Positions 32,353 through 42,844 of a stretch of DNA of 64,000 nt are shown here, in pieces; the first letter of the stretch is position 1; each line of letters opens with the position of its first letter. Below the pieces are notes generated by a model. The model ran no database searches, was not told the DNA's origin, and saw only the letters and a list, made by a program, of their open reading frames with translations. The stretch spans positions 480,001 through 544,000 of the forward strand of contig CAXXQS010000001.1 of assembly GCA_963674735.2 (NCBI GenBank), given 5' to 3'. A program made the position numbers and the translations under genes. Source of the stretch: Myxococcota bacterium (GTDB lineage: Bacteria > Myxococcota_A > SURF-8).

Positions 32353-33474
32353 TCACTGATTAAGTGTTGTTAATGTACTCCAACCCATTCTGCCGGTCAA
32401 TTTTTTCCGCTGAATCTCGCGCCGAATCAGCATCCAAATAATCAGGCATAAAAAGAGAACTTCACTGCTCGTGAAAATGTCCCGGAAGCTCAACTTCTTC
32501 GAGACTATTCCGGCTTGCATCGCCGGTGTCCTGATCTCTTTACCAAACTTCAATGCCAGATGTGGACGGATGAAATTGTAATGGCACATCAGCAAGGCCA
32601 TATGGCCGTCGAGGTATTCCGGATTCCTGGCATGGCACGCGGTTCGGCGGCCCAAATACGAACTTCCCTGGCGAATCGTCAGGTTATGTCGCTCAACAAA
32701 CGACGTGTTGATGGTCCAGGAATCCTCGGAATTCAGCAAGGCTTCTTCAAGCTGTTCCTGCGTTCCGGAAATCAGTTTCCGAGTCACTTGGGTCACACGG
32801 TTCTTGCGCCGTTTCTTGATCACCTGAGCGTAGACACAAACCAGAGAAAGCTTGGACGCCGCCACCCAGGCGTAGGGCTCGAAACCATCAGTGGTAAACA
32901 GGAAGCGACCGTTGAATTTACCACGTGCAATCGCTGTCTCGATGACCTCCTTCACGTTACGGTAGCTGCGCCGCCCAACAACGTAGGACACCCACAGCCG
33001 CGACCAGACCTCAAGTAGGGTGAGAATCCATATAGGCCTCAATTTCGTGTCCACGAAGCTTCGAATCTCATCGGCCTGGAACTCGATCAAGTCAAAGCCT
33101 TCAAGCCTTTTGTCATTGAAGCGCCGGGATTGTTCTGCTGCCGACTCCCTCCAGCGCGCTACTGTGTCCGGAGCAAGTTTCTTGATCCTCGCTGTTGCCG
33201 AAATGCCAACGCCCTCCACGGCCATCGTGGCTACCTCGTCGAAAGAGGATCTTGCTTTGTGCAATCGGTAATACGGTGTACCAGCCGTTGAGGCGAAGGT
33301 CTTCTTGCAAGCCTTGCAAAGATAACGACGTCGTCGACCCTGGCTGGTTTTGTAGAACAAATGGCGGATGATATTGTCGTTTCCGAACGTGCCACGCAGT
33401 GGACAATCCGGGTTCATGCAGCAGCGATCTTTTACAGGCTTACGCTTCATCAAACATGTCTCCAGCGTTGACAA
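32353..33474 (-). mobile_element. IS1-family-like DDE transposase (single ORF)
   Basis: N-terminal Zn ribbon (CMNPDC..YLCKAC), HTH, ADEIRSFV, TTDG, INTSFVERHNLTIRQ, YNFIRPH and RTPAM motifs. Confidence 0.85.
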
Positions 33475-33639
33475 TCGGAGAATTGCTTGTAAGATTCATA
33501 GCCTGGATGGATAATAAGGGCAAGTAACAACACTTGGGTAGGGAAGCACCAGAATTGCGGCACGTACGCAAGATCCAATTCCGCCAGTGTCCAGATGTCA
33601 TACTCCGGGTCGATGGCTGTAAAAAGGACGTTGATGCGC

Positions 33640-33790
33640 CAGCCCTCTCTTCTACATTGTAGGGTATCCCGCAGGCTTCATACGAAGCGTCTTCCCCATT
33701 CTCAAGCGCCACCACCTTGAAATCGGGACGATGACGCTTGGCCTGGCTGGCGGCGGACATACCCGCCGCTACGCCGCCGATTACCACAAG
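33640..33790 (-). pseudogene. N-terminal remnant of a CoA-disulfide/persulfide reductase (NADH oxidase family)
   Basis: VIGGVAAGMSAASQAKR...SYEACGIPY (FAD-binding motif plus redox Cys), then similarity is lost next to the IS. Confidence 0.7.
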
Positions 33791-33933
33791 TCTTCCACTC
33801 TCTTCGGGATGGCCTCAGGCCTCATCGTCATCGTATCCCTCCTTTGCCATCCTTTTCTGCCCGCGAGATCCCTAAAATGTTGAGAGCAATTATTTATACT
33901 CGTTAAGACATTTGTCCCTGATCCACGAGTATG

Positions 33934-36900
33934 CTATTTCGCACCCGGCAACGTGTAATGATGGAAGCGACCGCCCCGTTCTGCCGGATCGCCCTTGTAT
34001 CCCATCGCCTCGAAATCCGAGCGCTTGAGTTTGGCCTTGCTTTCCGGATAGCGAGGGCCGATGAGATGGGCGCTGTCGAAGCCGGGTTCCTGGCCATGGC
34101 AGCGCGAACACGTCACCGCCTGCGACTGATGACAATCGGCGCAGTGCAGCGCCTGCTCGGCTGGAACCACTTCGTGGTTGATCGCCCAGAACATATCCGC
34201 CTTGCCGAATCCGACCTTGCCGGAGAAAGGCTCACCGTATAGCTCCATGCCCTCAGCCAGACTTTTTTGCCAGTCGAAGTCCTTCCAGAATCCCATCCAC
34301 AGATTCGGTACGGCGAACACTTTCCGGTCGGCATCCATCGGGATCACGGCCGAATAGCATTTGAATGGATACAACTTCGCCTGTGGATCTGCCACCGAGC
34401 CGACCGGAGCGTTCAACAGCGTCGGTTCGTCCGGGTTTTCGACGACATCACCCAGCAGGTAACGGGTGTGGGTGCCACCGTACCAAGTGATACAGGGATC
34501 GACGAACATTCCCCATCGGAAATGACCCTTTTTGTTATCGTAGGACGGCATACCATACTCGTCCTTTTCAACCGGCAGATCTTTGCCCGCCGTAGACCAG
34601 TCCCAGAATACCTTGGTCGGCGTTTTCTTCGCGAAGTTCGGAATGTGACAGGTCTGGCAGGCAATGCTTCGGCCGTGCTTGTCGAGATGATATCCGATCT
34701 CATGATTCATAGTGTGCGGCGTACTACCGTGGCATTGTTCGCAACTTACCCGGCCCTCGCTTGCGGGAATGGCGAGACATTGACCGGCAATGCGGTGTTC
34801 TTTCGTCTGATGGCAATCCTGGCAGTCCATTCCGGCCCGTCCCATGTGTACGTCGAAATCGTCCGGCGGGTCCGCAAGCGCGGGCTCCAGATCTCCGTGC
34901 TTGACGTTCGGGCCTCCGCCTCCGTTGAAATGGCACTTTCCGCAGGTCTGTCGGGACGTTTTTCCGACGTGCTGCGCTACCTGGACGGTGTTGACTTCCT
35001 GCTTCGGCATACCGCCATTGGGGGCATCCTTGGCATACGTGCCGGTCGTATCGTGGCAGACCAGGCAATCGATATTGGTTGGATCGTTGAAATCGAATGT
35101 ATCATCCTTCCAGCCGTAACCGATGTGGCACTGGGAGCAGCGGGCCTCGTTCGAACGCACGTGAATACAGTAATTGTTGAGGACGTTCTTCTTTCCAAGA
35201 TCCGTCCGATGCTCGTAACCTTCGGTGTTCGGAGACGGTCCTTCCCATTTCCAGTGTACGGATGTGAGGATATCCTTCCCGACATGCTCGTGGCATTCGA
35301 GGCATCGGGCGGTGATTTCCTGCGGCTCCGGCTTCCCGGCGAAATGAATGAAGACATCGTGATTCGGGGTGCGTTTGGCATGACAACCGGTGCAATCGGT
35401 GGGAGCATTCGCGGAAGATTCCTTTTCGTGACAGCCGATACATTGCGCATGATAGGCACCCTTCAACCCCGGTCGCGTGGGGGCGTCCGCTTCGTTTGGA
35501 TACTGGTGACAGGCTACGCAGGATGCGGGCTTGCGCTTGTCCATGTCGGTGAAGTCGAGTTCTTCGCCTATGCGATCGTCCGAATTGCTTTGAACCCTGT
35601 GGTGACAGACGCTGCAATTTCCATCCAGACGCGAGGCATGCGCCTTGTGCATGAAACGCACCGGATCGTAATCGTTGATACTTTCATTCGTCTGGCGACG
35701 GTCGATCAGAAGACTTTTCGGCATCGTCTCCGCCGAGAAGGAAAGCGGCTCTGGAATTGCGATGGGGTCCGGGCGCATGTCGGGAGTCGAAGCGGCTTCT
35801 GCGTACACGGTTCGCCCAGATCCGACGACGGATGTCTTGATTCCGTATTCGTGAGCCACGACGTATAGAATCACGAAAGAAAGCATGAGCAGAACGGCGA
35901 GTCCGCGCGCTATCCAGGCCAGCACGGGCGCACGTCGCCGACGGGTCTCGCATTCTTCCTCGCGTACGGCAAACTCCTTTTGATCGAAAACGGGGAAATA
36001 ATAGGCGAAGAATCGATACAACAGAACGATGGTTGCTACAAGCCCAATCGTGACTGCGATTTCACCGATGGATGGAAAGTAACCAGCCTCGCCGAAGGGG
36101 GGATGGAACCCTACGATGAATACGTTGATACGGTTTAAGAGAACGCCCAGGATGATCGCCGTCACGGCGATGAACAACCAGAATGGCGAGCGCCGCACGG
36201 ATTTTTGCAACAGCATGACAAAGGGTATCAAAACGCCGATGCCGATTTCGACGAACAGGGCGGCGGTATCGGATGGATGCGCATAGAAGTCGAGTTGTTC
36301 CCATCGCAGGATCAGATCTCCGGTCTTGACCAAGGCATACACGCCGACGAACCATGGAATCATACGTGACAAGGGAGTCAGAAGTTCCATTTCCGGTTTG
36401 CGACCGAAGGATTTGGCGGCGATGATCGATTCGAAAATGACCATGGGAAAGCCAACCATGATGGCCGACAAAAGGAAGAGGATCGGCAGGATCGGCGTCC
36501 ACCACAGGCTGCTCAATTTCGTAGGAGCGATCAACATCAACGAGCCGAGCGAGGACTGGTGCATGAACGACAAAACGACACCGGCGATGATGAAAAGCGG
36601 CAAGACGCGGCAAATCATAAGATGGAGGATCTGTAGCGGTTTTTGAAATCCCTGAGCGAAGCGACCGAGAAAACTTTTCTCCCCGGCGCGCTTGATGATC
36701 CCTTCCAGAATGGTCGGCGAAAATTCGACGGTCAGTACGGTGATATAGAACATCACGCACATGCCGACCTCGAAAAGCACGGAGTTGCCCTGCCAGTATA
36801 TCGCCGGATGCCAGATGTTGTAGTAGCGGCCCAGGTCGAACATCAACCCGACGCCGACGAAGGTATAGCCCAGCCAAGCCGTCAAGAGCGCCGGTCGTTC

Positions 36901-37152
36901 GAGGGCATGGTATTTTTTCCGTCCGAAGATATTGATCAGCGCCGCCGTTGTGAAGCCTCCGGCGGCCAGAGCGACACCCGATGCTACATCGATGCCGATC
37001 CAGATGCCCCACGGGTACTGGTCGGACAGGTTGGTGACGGGACCGAGGCCGGTAATGAGACGCGCCAACCCGAACAGGTATCCCACGGCCATGACGGCCA
37101 GCAAAACAAACGCACCCGGCGTCCAGAATCGAAGCGTTTTTATATTCTGCAT
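33934..37152 (-). CDS. NrfD/HybB-type membrane anchor fused to cytochrome c3-like and octaheme tetrathionate-reductase-like domains (13 CxxCH)
   Basis: PWGIWIGIDV, DLGRYY, SVLFEV and HQSSLG (NrfD/HybB); 13 CxxCH motifs counted; GKKNVLNNYCI, CHIGYGW and CHFNGGGG (OTR-like). Confidence 0.88.
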   Translation of the reverse strand: MQNIKTLRFWTPGAFVLLAVMAVGYLFGLARLITGLGPVTNLSDQYPWGIWIGIDVASGVALAAGGFTTAALINIFGRKKYHALERPALLTAWLGYTFVGVGLMFDLGRYYNIWHPAIYWQGNSVLFEVGMCVMFYITVLTVEFSPTILEGIIKRAGEKSFLGRFAQGFQKPLQILHLMICRVLPLFIIAGVVLSFMHQSSLGSLMLIAPTKLSSLWWTPILPILFLLSAIMVGFPMVIFESIIAAKSFGRKPEMELLTPLSRMIPWFVGVYALVKTGDLILRWEQLDFYAHPSDTAALFVEIGIGVLIPFVMLLQKSVRRSPFWLFIAVTAIILGVLLNRINVFIVGFHPPFGEAGYFPSIGEIAVTIGLVATIVLLYRFFAYYFPVFDQKEFAVREEECETRRRRAPVLAWIARGLAVLLMLSFVILYVVAHEYGIKTSVVGSGRTVYAEAASTPDMRPDPIAIPEPLSFSAETMPKSLLIDRRQTNESINDYDPVRFMHKAHASRLDGNCSVCHHRVQSNSDDRIGEELDFTDMDKRKPASCVACHQYPNEADAPTRPGLKGAYHAQCIGCHEKESSANAPTDCTGCHAKRTPNHDVFIHFAGKPEPQEITARCLECHEHVGKDILTSVHWKWEGPSPNTEGYEHRTDLGKKNVLNNYCIHVRSNEARCSQCHIGYGWKDDTFDFNDPTNIDCLVCHDTTGTYAKDAPNGGMPKQEVNTVQVAQHVGKTSRQTCGKCHFNGGGGPNVKHGDLEPALADPPDDFDVHMGRAGMDCQDCHQTKEHRIAGQCLAIPASEGRVSCEQCHGSTPHTMNHEIGYHLDKHGRSIACQTCHIPNFAKKTPTKVFWDWSTAGKDLPVEKDEYGMPSYDNKKGHFRWGMFVDPCITWYGGTHTRYLLGDVVENPDEPTLLNAPVGSVADPQAKLYPFKCYSAVIPMDADRKVFAVPNLWMGFWKDFDWQKSLAEGMELYGEPFSGKVGFGKADMFWAINHEVVPAEQALHCADCHQSQAVTCSRCHGQEPGFDSAHLIGPRYPESKAKLKRSDFEAMGYKGDPAERGGRFHHYTLPGAK

Positions 37153-37189
37153 GATCGTTTACTCTTCATGTGTTCGTTTAGGCGTAGGC

Positions 37190-38140
37190 TTATTGCTCGT
37201 TGTCCGATTCAGAAGAAGCCTTGTGGCTTTTCCGATTGCTCATCCACATCACGCCTGCCAGACTTCCGTAAAAAATGAGCGGGATAGCGCCGTAGTTGAA
37301 GATACCGTGTTGAATGGACTCGGACAGCCGGGGCGGGGCCACTTCGGGTAGACGAGGAAGATCGAGTTCTTCGGCCGGTCGACCGGTGAGATACAGCCAA
37401 CTCGTACCGCCGACTTCCTTTTCGCCGTAGATGTGATCTTCATAGCGGTCGGATTCGGCTTCGATTCGCGTGCGCCCCAATTGGAGCAGTTCAGATCGTT
37501 TGCCGAACACGATGGCTTCCATCGGGCATGCAGCTGCACAGGCCGGCGAAGCGCCCGTCTTTTGCTGCTCGTCCACGCAGTACGTGCATTTCATAACCCG
37601 CGGCACGGTGGGATTGTTGTATTCATAGGCCGGAATTTCGAACGGACAGGCCACCATGCAGTAGCGACAACCGATGCATTTGTCCGCATCATACATCACC
37701 GGGCCGGTTTTCGATTTGGTCAAAGCTCCAACAATGCAGGCGGATACGCAGGCCGGATCCAGGCAATGCATGCACTGAACCTTGATATTGGTCCGATCGC
37801 GATCCTGCTGGACCGGCGAGGGTTTCCCCGGATAACTGTTCACGACCGTGAAGCGAGTTGCATCCGGCCGGCGGCGCTCGCGCAACACCCAAAGATCGTC
37901 AAACAGCTTGTCGGGCATGGGCAACCGGTTCGCCCGGTTACAGGCTTCCTCGCACTTGCGGCAACCGATACATTTCGTGGTATCGACTAGGCAGCCGACA
38001 TGGTCAGGATCAGGTGCTCTCGACTCATCGGCTTGCGCCGATCGTGATGGCAGACTCGCCGCAACCGTCGCCCCGGTGACTTTCAGAAATGTCCTCCGAT
38101 TCATTCCCATCGCATTCTCCGCTTCAGTTCTCGATTTCAC
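37190..38140 (-). CDS. Tat-exported 4Fe-4S protein (HybA/NrfC/HmcB type)
   Basis: NRRTFLK Tat motif; CIGCRKCEEAC, CMHCLDPACVSAC, CIGCRYCMVACP and KCTYC..PACAAACP; C-terminal TM. Confidence 0.9.
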   Translation of the reverse strand: MKSRTEAENAMGMNRRTFLKVTGATVAASLPSRSAQADESRAPDPDHVGCLVDTTKCIGCRKCEEACNRANRLPMPDKLFDDLWVLRERRRPDATRFTVVNSYPGKPSPVQQDRDRTNIKVQCMHCLDPACVSACIVGALTKSKTGPVMYDADKCIGCRYCMVACPFEIPAYEYNNPTVPRVMKCTYCVDEQQKTGASPACAAACPMEAIVFGKRSELLQLGRTRIEAESDRYEDHIYGEKEVGGTSWLYLTGRPAEELDLPRLPEVAPPRLSESIQHGIFNYGAIPLIFYGSLAGVMWMSNRKSHKASSESDNEQ

Positions 38141-38493
38141 ATGGATTGTGGGGCGAAAGCGGCCTGATTTCTGCTATACAACTGCTCCAGCAGGCCTTCC
38201 CTGATCTTCAAGCATCCCTGAACGAACTTGTCGTTCGAAATGCGGTATAGAATGGTTTTTCCCTCACGGCGATACGTCACGGCGCCGCGGTCGTACATCA
38301 TGCGCAGATGCTGGGAGGTATTCGACAGCGTGAGTCCGAGTTCGTCCGCCAGATCGCCGACGGACCGTTCCCCACCCTGTAGTGACCACATGATGCGCAA
38401 GCGCTTGGGATCGCTGAAGACTTTGCAGAATTCCGCGTGAAGATCGAAGATGTCGTGGGTGGCCAGTTCATCTGTTTGTTTGCGGTCGCCCAT
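38137..38493 (-). CDS. ArsR/SmtB family transcriptional regulator
   Basis: FSDPKRLRI, SVGDLA, SQHLR and RREGKTILY motifs. Confidence 0.92.
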   Translation of the reverse strand: MGDRKQTDELATHDIFDLHAEFCKVFSDPKRLRIMWSLQGGERSVGDLADELGLTLSNTSQHLRMMYDRGAVTYRREGKTILYRISNDKFVQGCLKIREGLLEQLYSRNQAAFAPQSM

Positions 38494-38599
38494 GGTTCAC
38501 ATCCTTTTCCAAGAGAAAACGAAGCAATAACGGTCCTACAATCGCACGATCATGCGAGTGTGTCAATATCATTTTTCCCGACCGACGCTTTTTTAAGCC

Positions 38600-39965
38600 T
38601 GTGGTTCGCCATAAACCAGTAAGCCAACAATATCTGCTACTTGACGGTTTTTCAAAATTGTGCGTCAATGCTGCGTCATGATGCTGAAACCACTATTTTC
38701 AAGAATAAAAGCGGCCTTCCAAACGATCCGATCTCTCTTTCGGTCTCGTGAAGATCTGGCACTGGAGAATCTGGCTCTTCGTCAGCAGGTTGCCGTGCTG
38801 AAAAGAGAAAATCCAAAGCCGAAGATCCGCTGGTTTGACCGGGCTTTCTGGGTAGGATTACGGAGTTTCTGGTTGAATTGGATCAATGCTCTCATTATCG
38901 TGAAGCCGGAAACCGTGGTCGGCTGGCATAAACAAGGCTACAAACTCTATTGGAATGCCATTTCAAAAAGGGGAAAGCGAAGAGGAAGACCTTGCAAGGA
39001 AAAGGAAATCCGCGATTTGATCCGTAAGATGGCCATGGAGAATAACTGGCGTGCGCCGAAAATACATGCTGAGTTGCTCAAGCTTGGCTTCGATGTCTCC
39101 GAGCGAACGGTTTCACGTCACTTGCCGAGGCGAGAATCGAATCCAGATAACATCGCCAAATGGAAAGCGTTCTGGGAAAACCACAAGAACGAAATCGCCG
39201 CGATGGACTTCTTCACCGTTCCCAACGTAACGTTCAGGCAACTTTACGGATTCTTCATCATTCGCCACGAACGCCGGCAGATCGTTCATTTTGCAGCAAC
39301 CTATCATCCGACCGCCATGTGGGTCGCACAGCAGCTGCGAAACGCTTTTCCGTACGACACCGCACCGAAATATTTGATCTTCGACCGGGATTCGATCTTC
39401 AGTAAATACGTCGTGCATGTCATCAAATCGTTTGGCATCAAACCTGTTCGTACGTCCTACCGCAGCCCCTGGCAGAACGGCATCGCCGAACGCTGGGTGG
39501 GAAATTGCCGGAGAGAATTGCTGGACCATGTGATCGTGTTCAGCGATAGGCATTTACACCAATTGCTGAAAAGCTATGTTGCGTATTACAACAAAGACCG
39601 TTGTCATTGCAGCCTTGGCAAAGATGCGCCTGAGCATCGATTGGTTCAGAACAGGCCGGAAGGAAAAGCCAAGGTGATCGCGATTCCGCGTGTCGGCGGA
39701 TTGCATCATCGCTATGAATGGCGACATGCTGCGTAAGCAACAGGTTGTTGCGGAAACTCGACCTGGAGAAAAAGGATTGATGGATTCGTGTGTCGTTGGC
39801 TGTAGAAATTGCAAAACCCTGCCGCGATTCAGGCGGATTCCCGGCGTCCACAGATGACCGGATGCCCTGTTTTTGATTTTTCAAAGAGCTCGAATCCATG
39901 AAATGGAGATGTCAGATCGCAAAACAATCCGAAAATATCCTGCTTTTTATTTTTGACGAGCGACA
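38600..39965 (+). mobile_element. insertion sequence with rve/integrase-core transposase (IS481-like)
   Basis: imperfect terminal IRs: TGTGGTTCGCCATAAA (38600) vs reverse complement TGTCGCTCGTCAAAAA (ends 39965), 12/16 identical; no TSD seen. Confidence 0.7.
38678..39736 (+). CDS. integrase core (rve) domain transposase
   Basis: ENLALRQQ, AMDFFTV, LIFDRD, SPWQNGIAERW and GGLHHRY motifs. Confidence 0.92.
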   Translation: MMLKPLFSRIKAAFQTIRSLFRSREDLALENLALRQQVAVLKRENPKPKIRWFDRAFWVGLRSFWLNWINALIIVKPETVVGWHKQGYKLYWNAISKRGKRRGRPCKEKEIRDLIRKMAMENNWRAPKIHAELLKLGFDVSERTVSRHLPRRESNPDNIAKWKAFWENHKNEIAAMDFFTVPNVTFRQLYGFFIIRHERRQIVHFAATYHPTAMWVAQQLRNAFPYDTAPKYLIFDRDSIFSKYVVHVIKSFGIKPVRTSYRSPWQNGIAERWVGNCRRELLDHVIVFSDRHLHQLLKSYVAYYNKDRCHCSLGKDAPEHRLVQNRPEGKAKVIAIPRVGGLHHRYEWRHAA

Positions 39966-39987
39966 GGAGGCGGGGGGAATCGAACCC
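39966..39987 (-). other. tmRNA/tRNA-like 3'-end fragment (putative att site)
   Basis: minus strand reads GGGTTCGATTCCCCCCGCCTCC (T-arm plus acceptor 3' strand, typical of ssrA ends); no 5' half present. Confidence 0.6.
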
Positions 39988-40156
39988 TTACCACCATAAA
40001 ATCAAAATCCAAGCGAAATCGCGATCTTGCACCTTATCCGTTTGATATTGCTCACGTTCTTAGATCCGTTAAGACCCGTCTCGTTCCGTTATGTGCCGCC
40101 TCGTGGTGCAGAGTTACGGCACAATAGCGGCACAATTTTACGACAGAAAGAGGAGT

Positions 40157-40453
40157 TCAATCTTGCTCGTTTTCCACACGAAATTGGCGATGACCTTCGA
40201 AAATCGTAACTACGATGATCTGGCCTTTTTCCAACCGATAAACGATTCGATAATTTCCTTCAATCACTTCCCGTAGACTTTCGTCGCCTGCCTCAGGGAC
40301 AATTCTTCCAAGCCGAGAATGTTTTTTCAATGTCGCTGCACGCTTCCAAAGGCGAGATACGAAGCGAGTAGCCGCCCTAGGGTCGTCCTCACCTATATAT
40401 TCGCCGATACGTTCCAATTCGTTCAACGCCTTGCCAGACCAGATGAGTTTCAT
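40157..40453 (-). CDS. RelE/ParE family type II toxin
   Basis: WSGKALNEL..I.EYI..D.P.AA..GRIVPE..LREVI.GNYRIVY pattern. Confidence 0.9.
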   Translation of the reverse strand: MKLIWSGKALNELERIGEYIGEDDPRAATRFVSRLWKRAATLKKHSRLGRIVPEAGDESLREVIEGNYRIVYRLEKGQIIVVTIFEGHRQFRVENEQD

Positions 40454-40740
40454 GATTCGAGCGGACCGAATCGTTTCTCAAGTCTCTCCTTTGCCTCTTT
40501 TTCGCTTAAAACCCGTCCGGCCGCGACATCGGCCAGTCCGGCCTCAACCGAGGCGATGAAATGATCCCGCTCCATCATCCGGTCGTATTCATCGGGTGAA
40601 ACAACGACACCGACAGGTGAGCCATTTTGAGTGACGATGACAGGGCGTTTTTCCTCGCGTACACGGCGAAAAAGTCTGGAGGCGTGTTTTTTGAATTCCC
40701 CAATTGGGAAAATATCCTCGGATATGAGTGGGGTTCGCAT
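40450..40740 (-). CDS. Phd/YefM family antitoxin
   Basis: PIGEFK..PVIVTQNG.P.GVVVS..EY; ATGA overlap with the toxin. Confidence 0.9.
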   Translation of the reverse strand: MRTPLISEDIFPIGEFKKHASRLFRRVREEKRPVIVTQNGSPVGVVVSPDEYDRMMERDHFIASVEAGLADVAAGRVLSEKEAKERLEKRFGPLES

Positions 40741-40980
40741 GATCAGCTATCCTTTCCAAACTCTTAATACAAAGCTAAATATAGATCATAATACCACTGT
40801 TGTCAACAGGCTTAAATACAGGAGTGGTTGGTCCGCTAAACGTATGCAATTCAACGGCACAATGGCGGCACATCATGGATCTAGTCTATGCGTGACGACG
40901 ATCCGGATACGTGGGGCGACGGAAGGGGCATAAGTGAGCACTTCCGCGATGGCACGGGCACGCACTGGGGCACGAAGACT

Positions 40981-42444
40981 TACCCAGTCTGACTGACCAT
41001 AGCTGTGACTCGCCGCCGCCGTGGCCGCCGTACCTTCAGCCAAGTTTCCATACCCAGTCTGACTGACCATAGCTGTGACAACATCAGTACCAATGAAAAT
41101 CTGCATGGCTGCGAATCGTTTCCATACCCAGTCTGACTGACCATAGCTGTGTCGGTCAGGACGGCACCGACGGTGTCAGCTGCAACGGCGTTTCCATACC
41201 CAGTCTGACTGACCATAGCTGTGACGGTAAGGTGTGCTCATTCGGTGAGTGGTGCTCATTCGGTGTTTCCATACCCAGTCTGACTGACCATAGCTGTGAC
41301 TCGCCGCCGCCGTGGCCGCCGTACCTTCAGCCAAGTTTCCATACCCAGTCTGACTGACCACAGCTGTGACTCCGGTGGACGACGGCTGCTTCGAGGGCTA
41401 CAAAAGTTTCCATACCCAGTCTGACTGACCATAGCTGTGACCGAATCCGTATTCCACCGCTTCGAGGGGTATGAGTTTCCATACCCAGTCTGACTGACCA
41501 TAGCTGTGACCCTGCCCGTTCTACAGCCGTTCGCAACTGCGCTGGCCTTCGGGTTTCCATACCCAGTCTGACTGACCATAGCTGTGACTTTACCACCCGA
41601 TTATCAAATCGGCCTAGCCGCTGTGTTTCCATACCCAGTCTGACTGACCACAGCTGTGACGGAGTCTGATAATCAAACAGGTAACTTAGGATAGTTTCCA
41701 TACCCAGTCTGACTGACCATAGCTGTGACAGTGATGAAGGCCGTTGCATATCGGATTGCTTGCAAGGTTTCCATACCCAGTCTGACTGACCATAGCTGTG
41801 ACGATTTTCATGTTTCACCCGCTCGGACAAGGATTCGCGTTTCCATACCCAGTCTGACTGACCATAGCTGTGACGAGTACAATCAGGTTCAGATGTGGGC
41901 CTGTATGTTTCCATACCCAGTCTGACTGACCATAGCTGTGACCATAAACCACATGGTGTGGGAGGAATACCCGTAGTTTCCATACCCAGTCTGACTGACC
42001 CCATAGCTGTGACAATTTCTTCGGTTACGGCCCACATGACGATGACTGGTTTCCATACCCAGTCTGACTGACCATAGCTGTGACAAAATCCCTGCCGAAC
42101 TCTTGGAGTCCCAAGCGGGATTGTTTCCATACCCAGTCTGACTGACCATAGCTGTGACGTATGCTCCAGGTGTGGAGCAATGATGGCGGAGGCAAGTTTC
42201 CATACCCAGTCTGACTGACCATAGCTGTGACTTCTTCGCCTCCGATTGCCGGTGAAGTCGTGTTGAGTTTCCATACCCAGTCTGACTGACCATAGCTGTG
42301 ACACCAGAATATGGTCACTATCATCAACAAGGTCCGTTTCCATACCCAGTCTGACTGACCATAGCTGTGACGAAAACGCTAGTTTGCCAGTGGATAAAAG
42401 GGAGGAGGGTTTCCATACCCAGTCTGACTGACCATAGCTGTGAC
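40981..42444 (-). CRISPR. CRISPR array 1: 21 repeats (trailer one truncated), 20 spacers
   Basis: 36-nt repeat GTCACAGCTATGGTCAGTCAGACTGGGTATGGAAAC on the minus strand (GAAAC 3' end); spacers 32-42 nt; leader on the high-coordinate side. Confidence 0.98.
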
Positions 42445-42811
42445 TCTGGCCTTGTAAAGACTGGGAACCGTTGGGCTTTCAGACCGGGTTTGACAAGTCA
42501 CCCCTCAAAATCCACTCACTATAGCCGTCAGACCGGAAAAAATGGGGTGCAGCAAAACTTTGGCACAAGCTAATCTCTTGTTTTCAAAGAGCTTTTCCAA
42601 TTTGACAAGTCTCCAGCATGAAAACGAGCCGCCAAAGATGCTTTATCTAGTGAAGATTATAGGAGATTATGCCTGTTGCACGACTTTTGCAAGCGAAATA
42701 TTCCGCAGACTTGTCAAATTATTAGCGAATATTTTATAATCCTGAATGATATCAATGGGTCGCACGACAGCTTATAGTCATTCTACATCAGAGCTATTTC
42801 TGTTGCACCCC
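42445..42811 (-). promoter_or_regulatory. CRISPR leader copy 1 (about 367 bp)
   Basis: near-identical to 47082-47449 and 58264-58630; abuts the first repeat. Confidence 0.9.
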
Positions 42812-42844
42812 CCCTTGGCATGTCCTGTTTTTTGAGATGATAAA

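Noticed and set aside
34267-35868. 533-aa + strand ORF, and similar long antisense ORFs (6472-7569, 7653-9008)
   Set aside because: Antisense shadows of motif-supported genes in GC-rich DNA.
38137-38493. ArsR as a SqrR/BigR persulfide sensor
   Set aside because: It has two Cys, but lacks the helix-2 Cys of the RLxILC motif (reads RLRIMW), so the subfamily cannot be supported.
39966-39987. Intact tRNA or tmRNA gene
   Set aside because: Only the T-arm and acceptor 3' strand are present; the upstream sequence does not form a cloverleaf.
41371-41474. Adjacent spacers sharing GCTTCGAGGG (FEGY)
   Set aside because: The short match with unrelated flanks is too weak to claim a common target.
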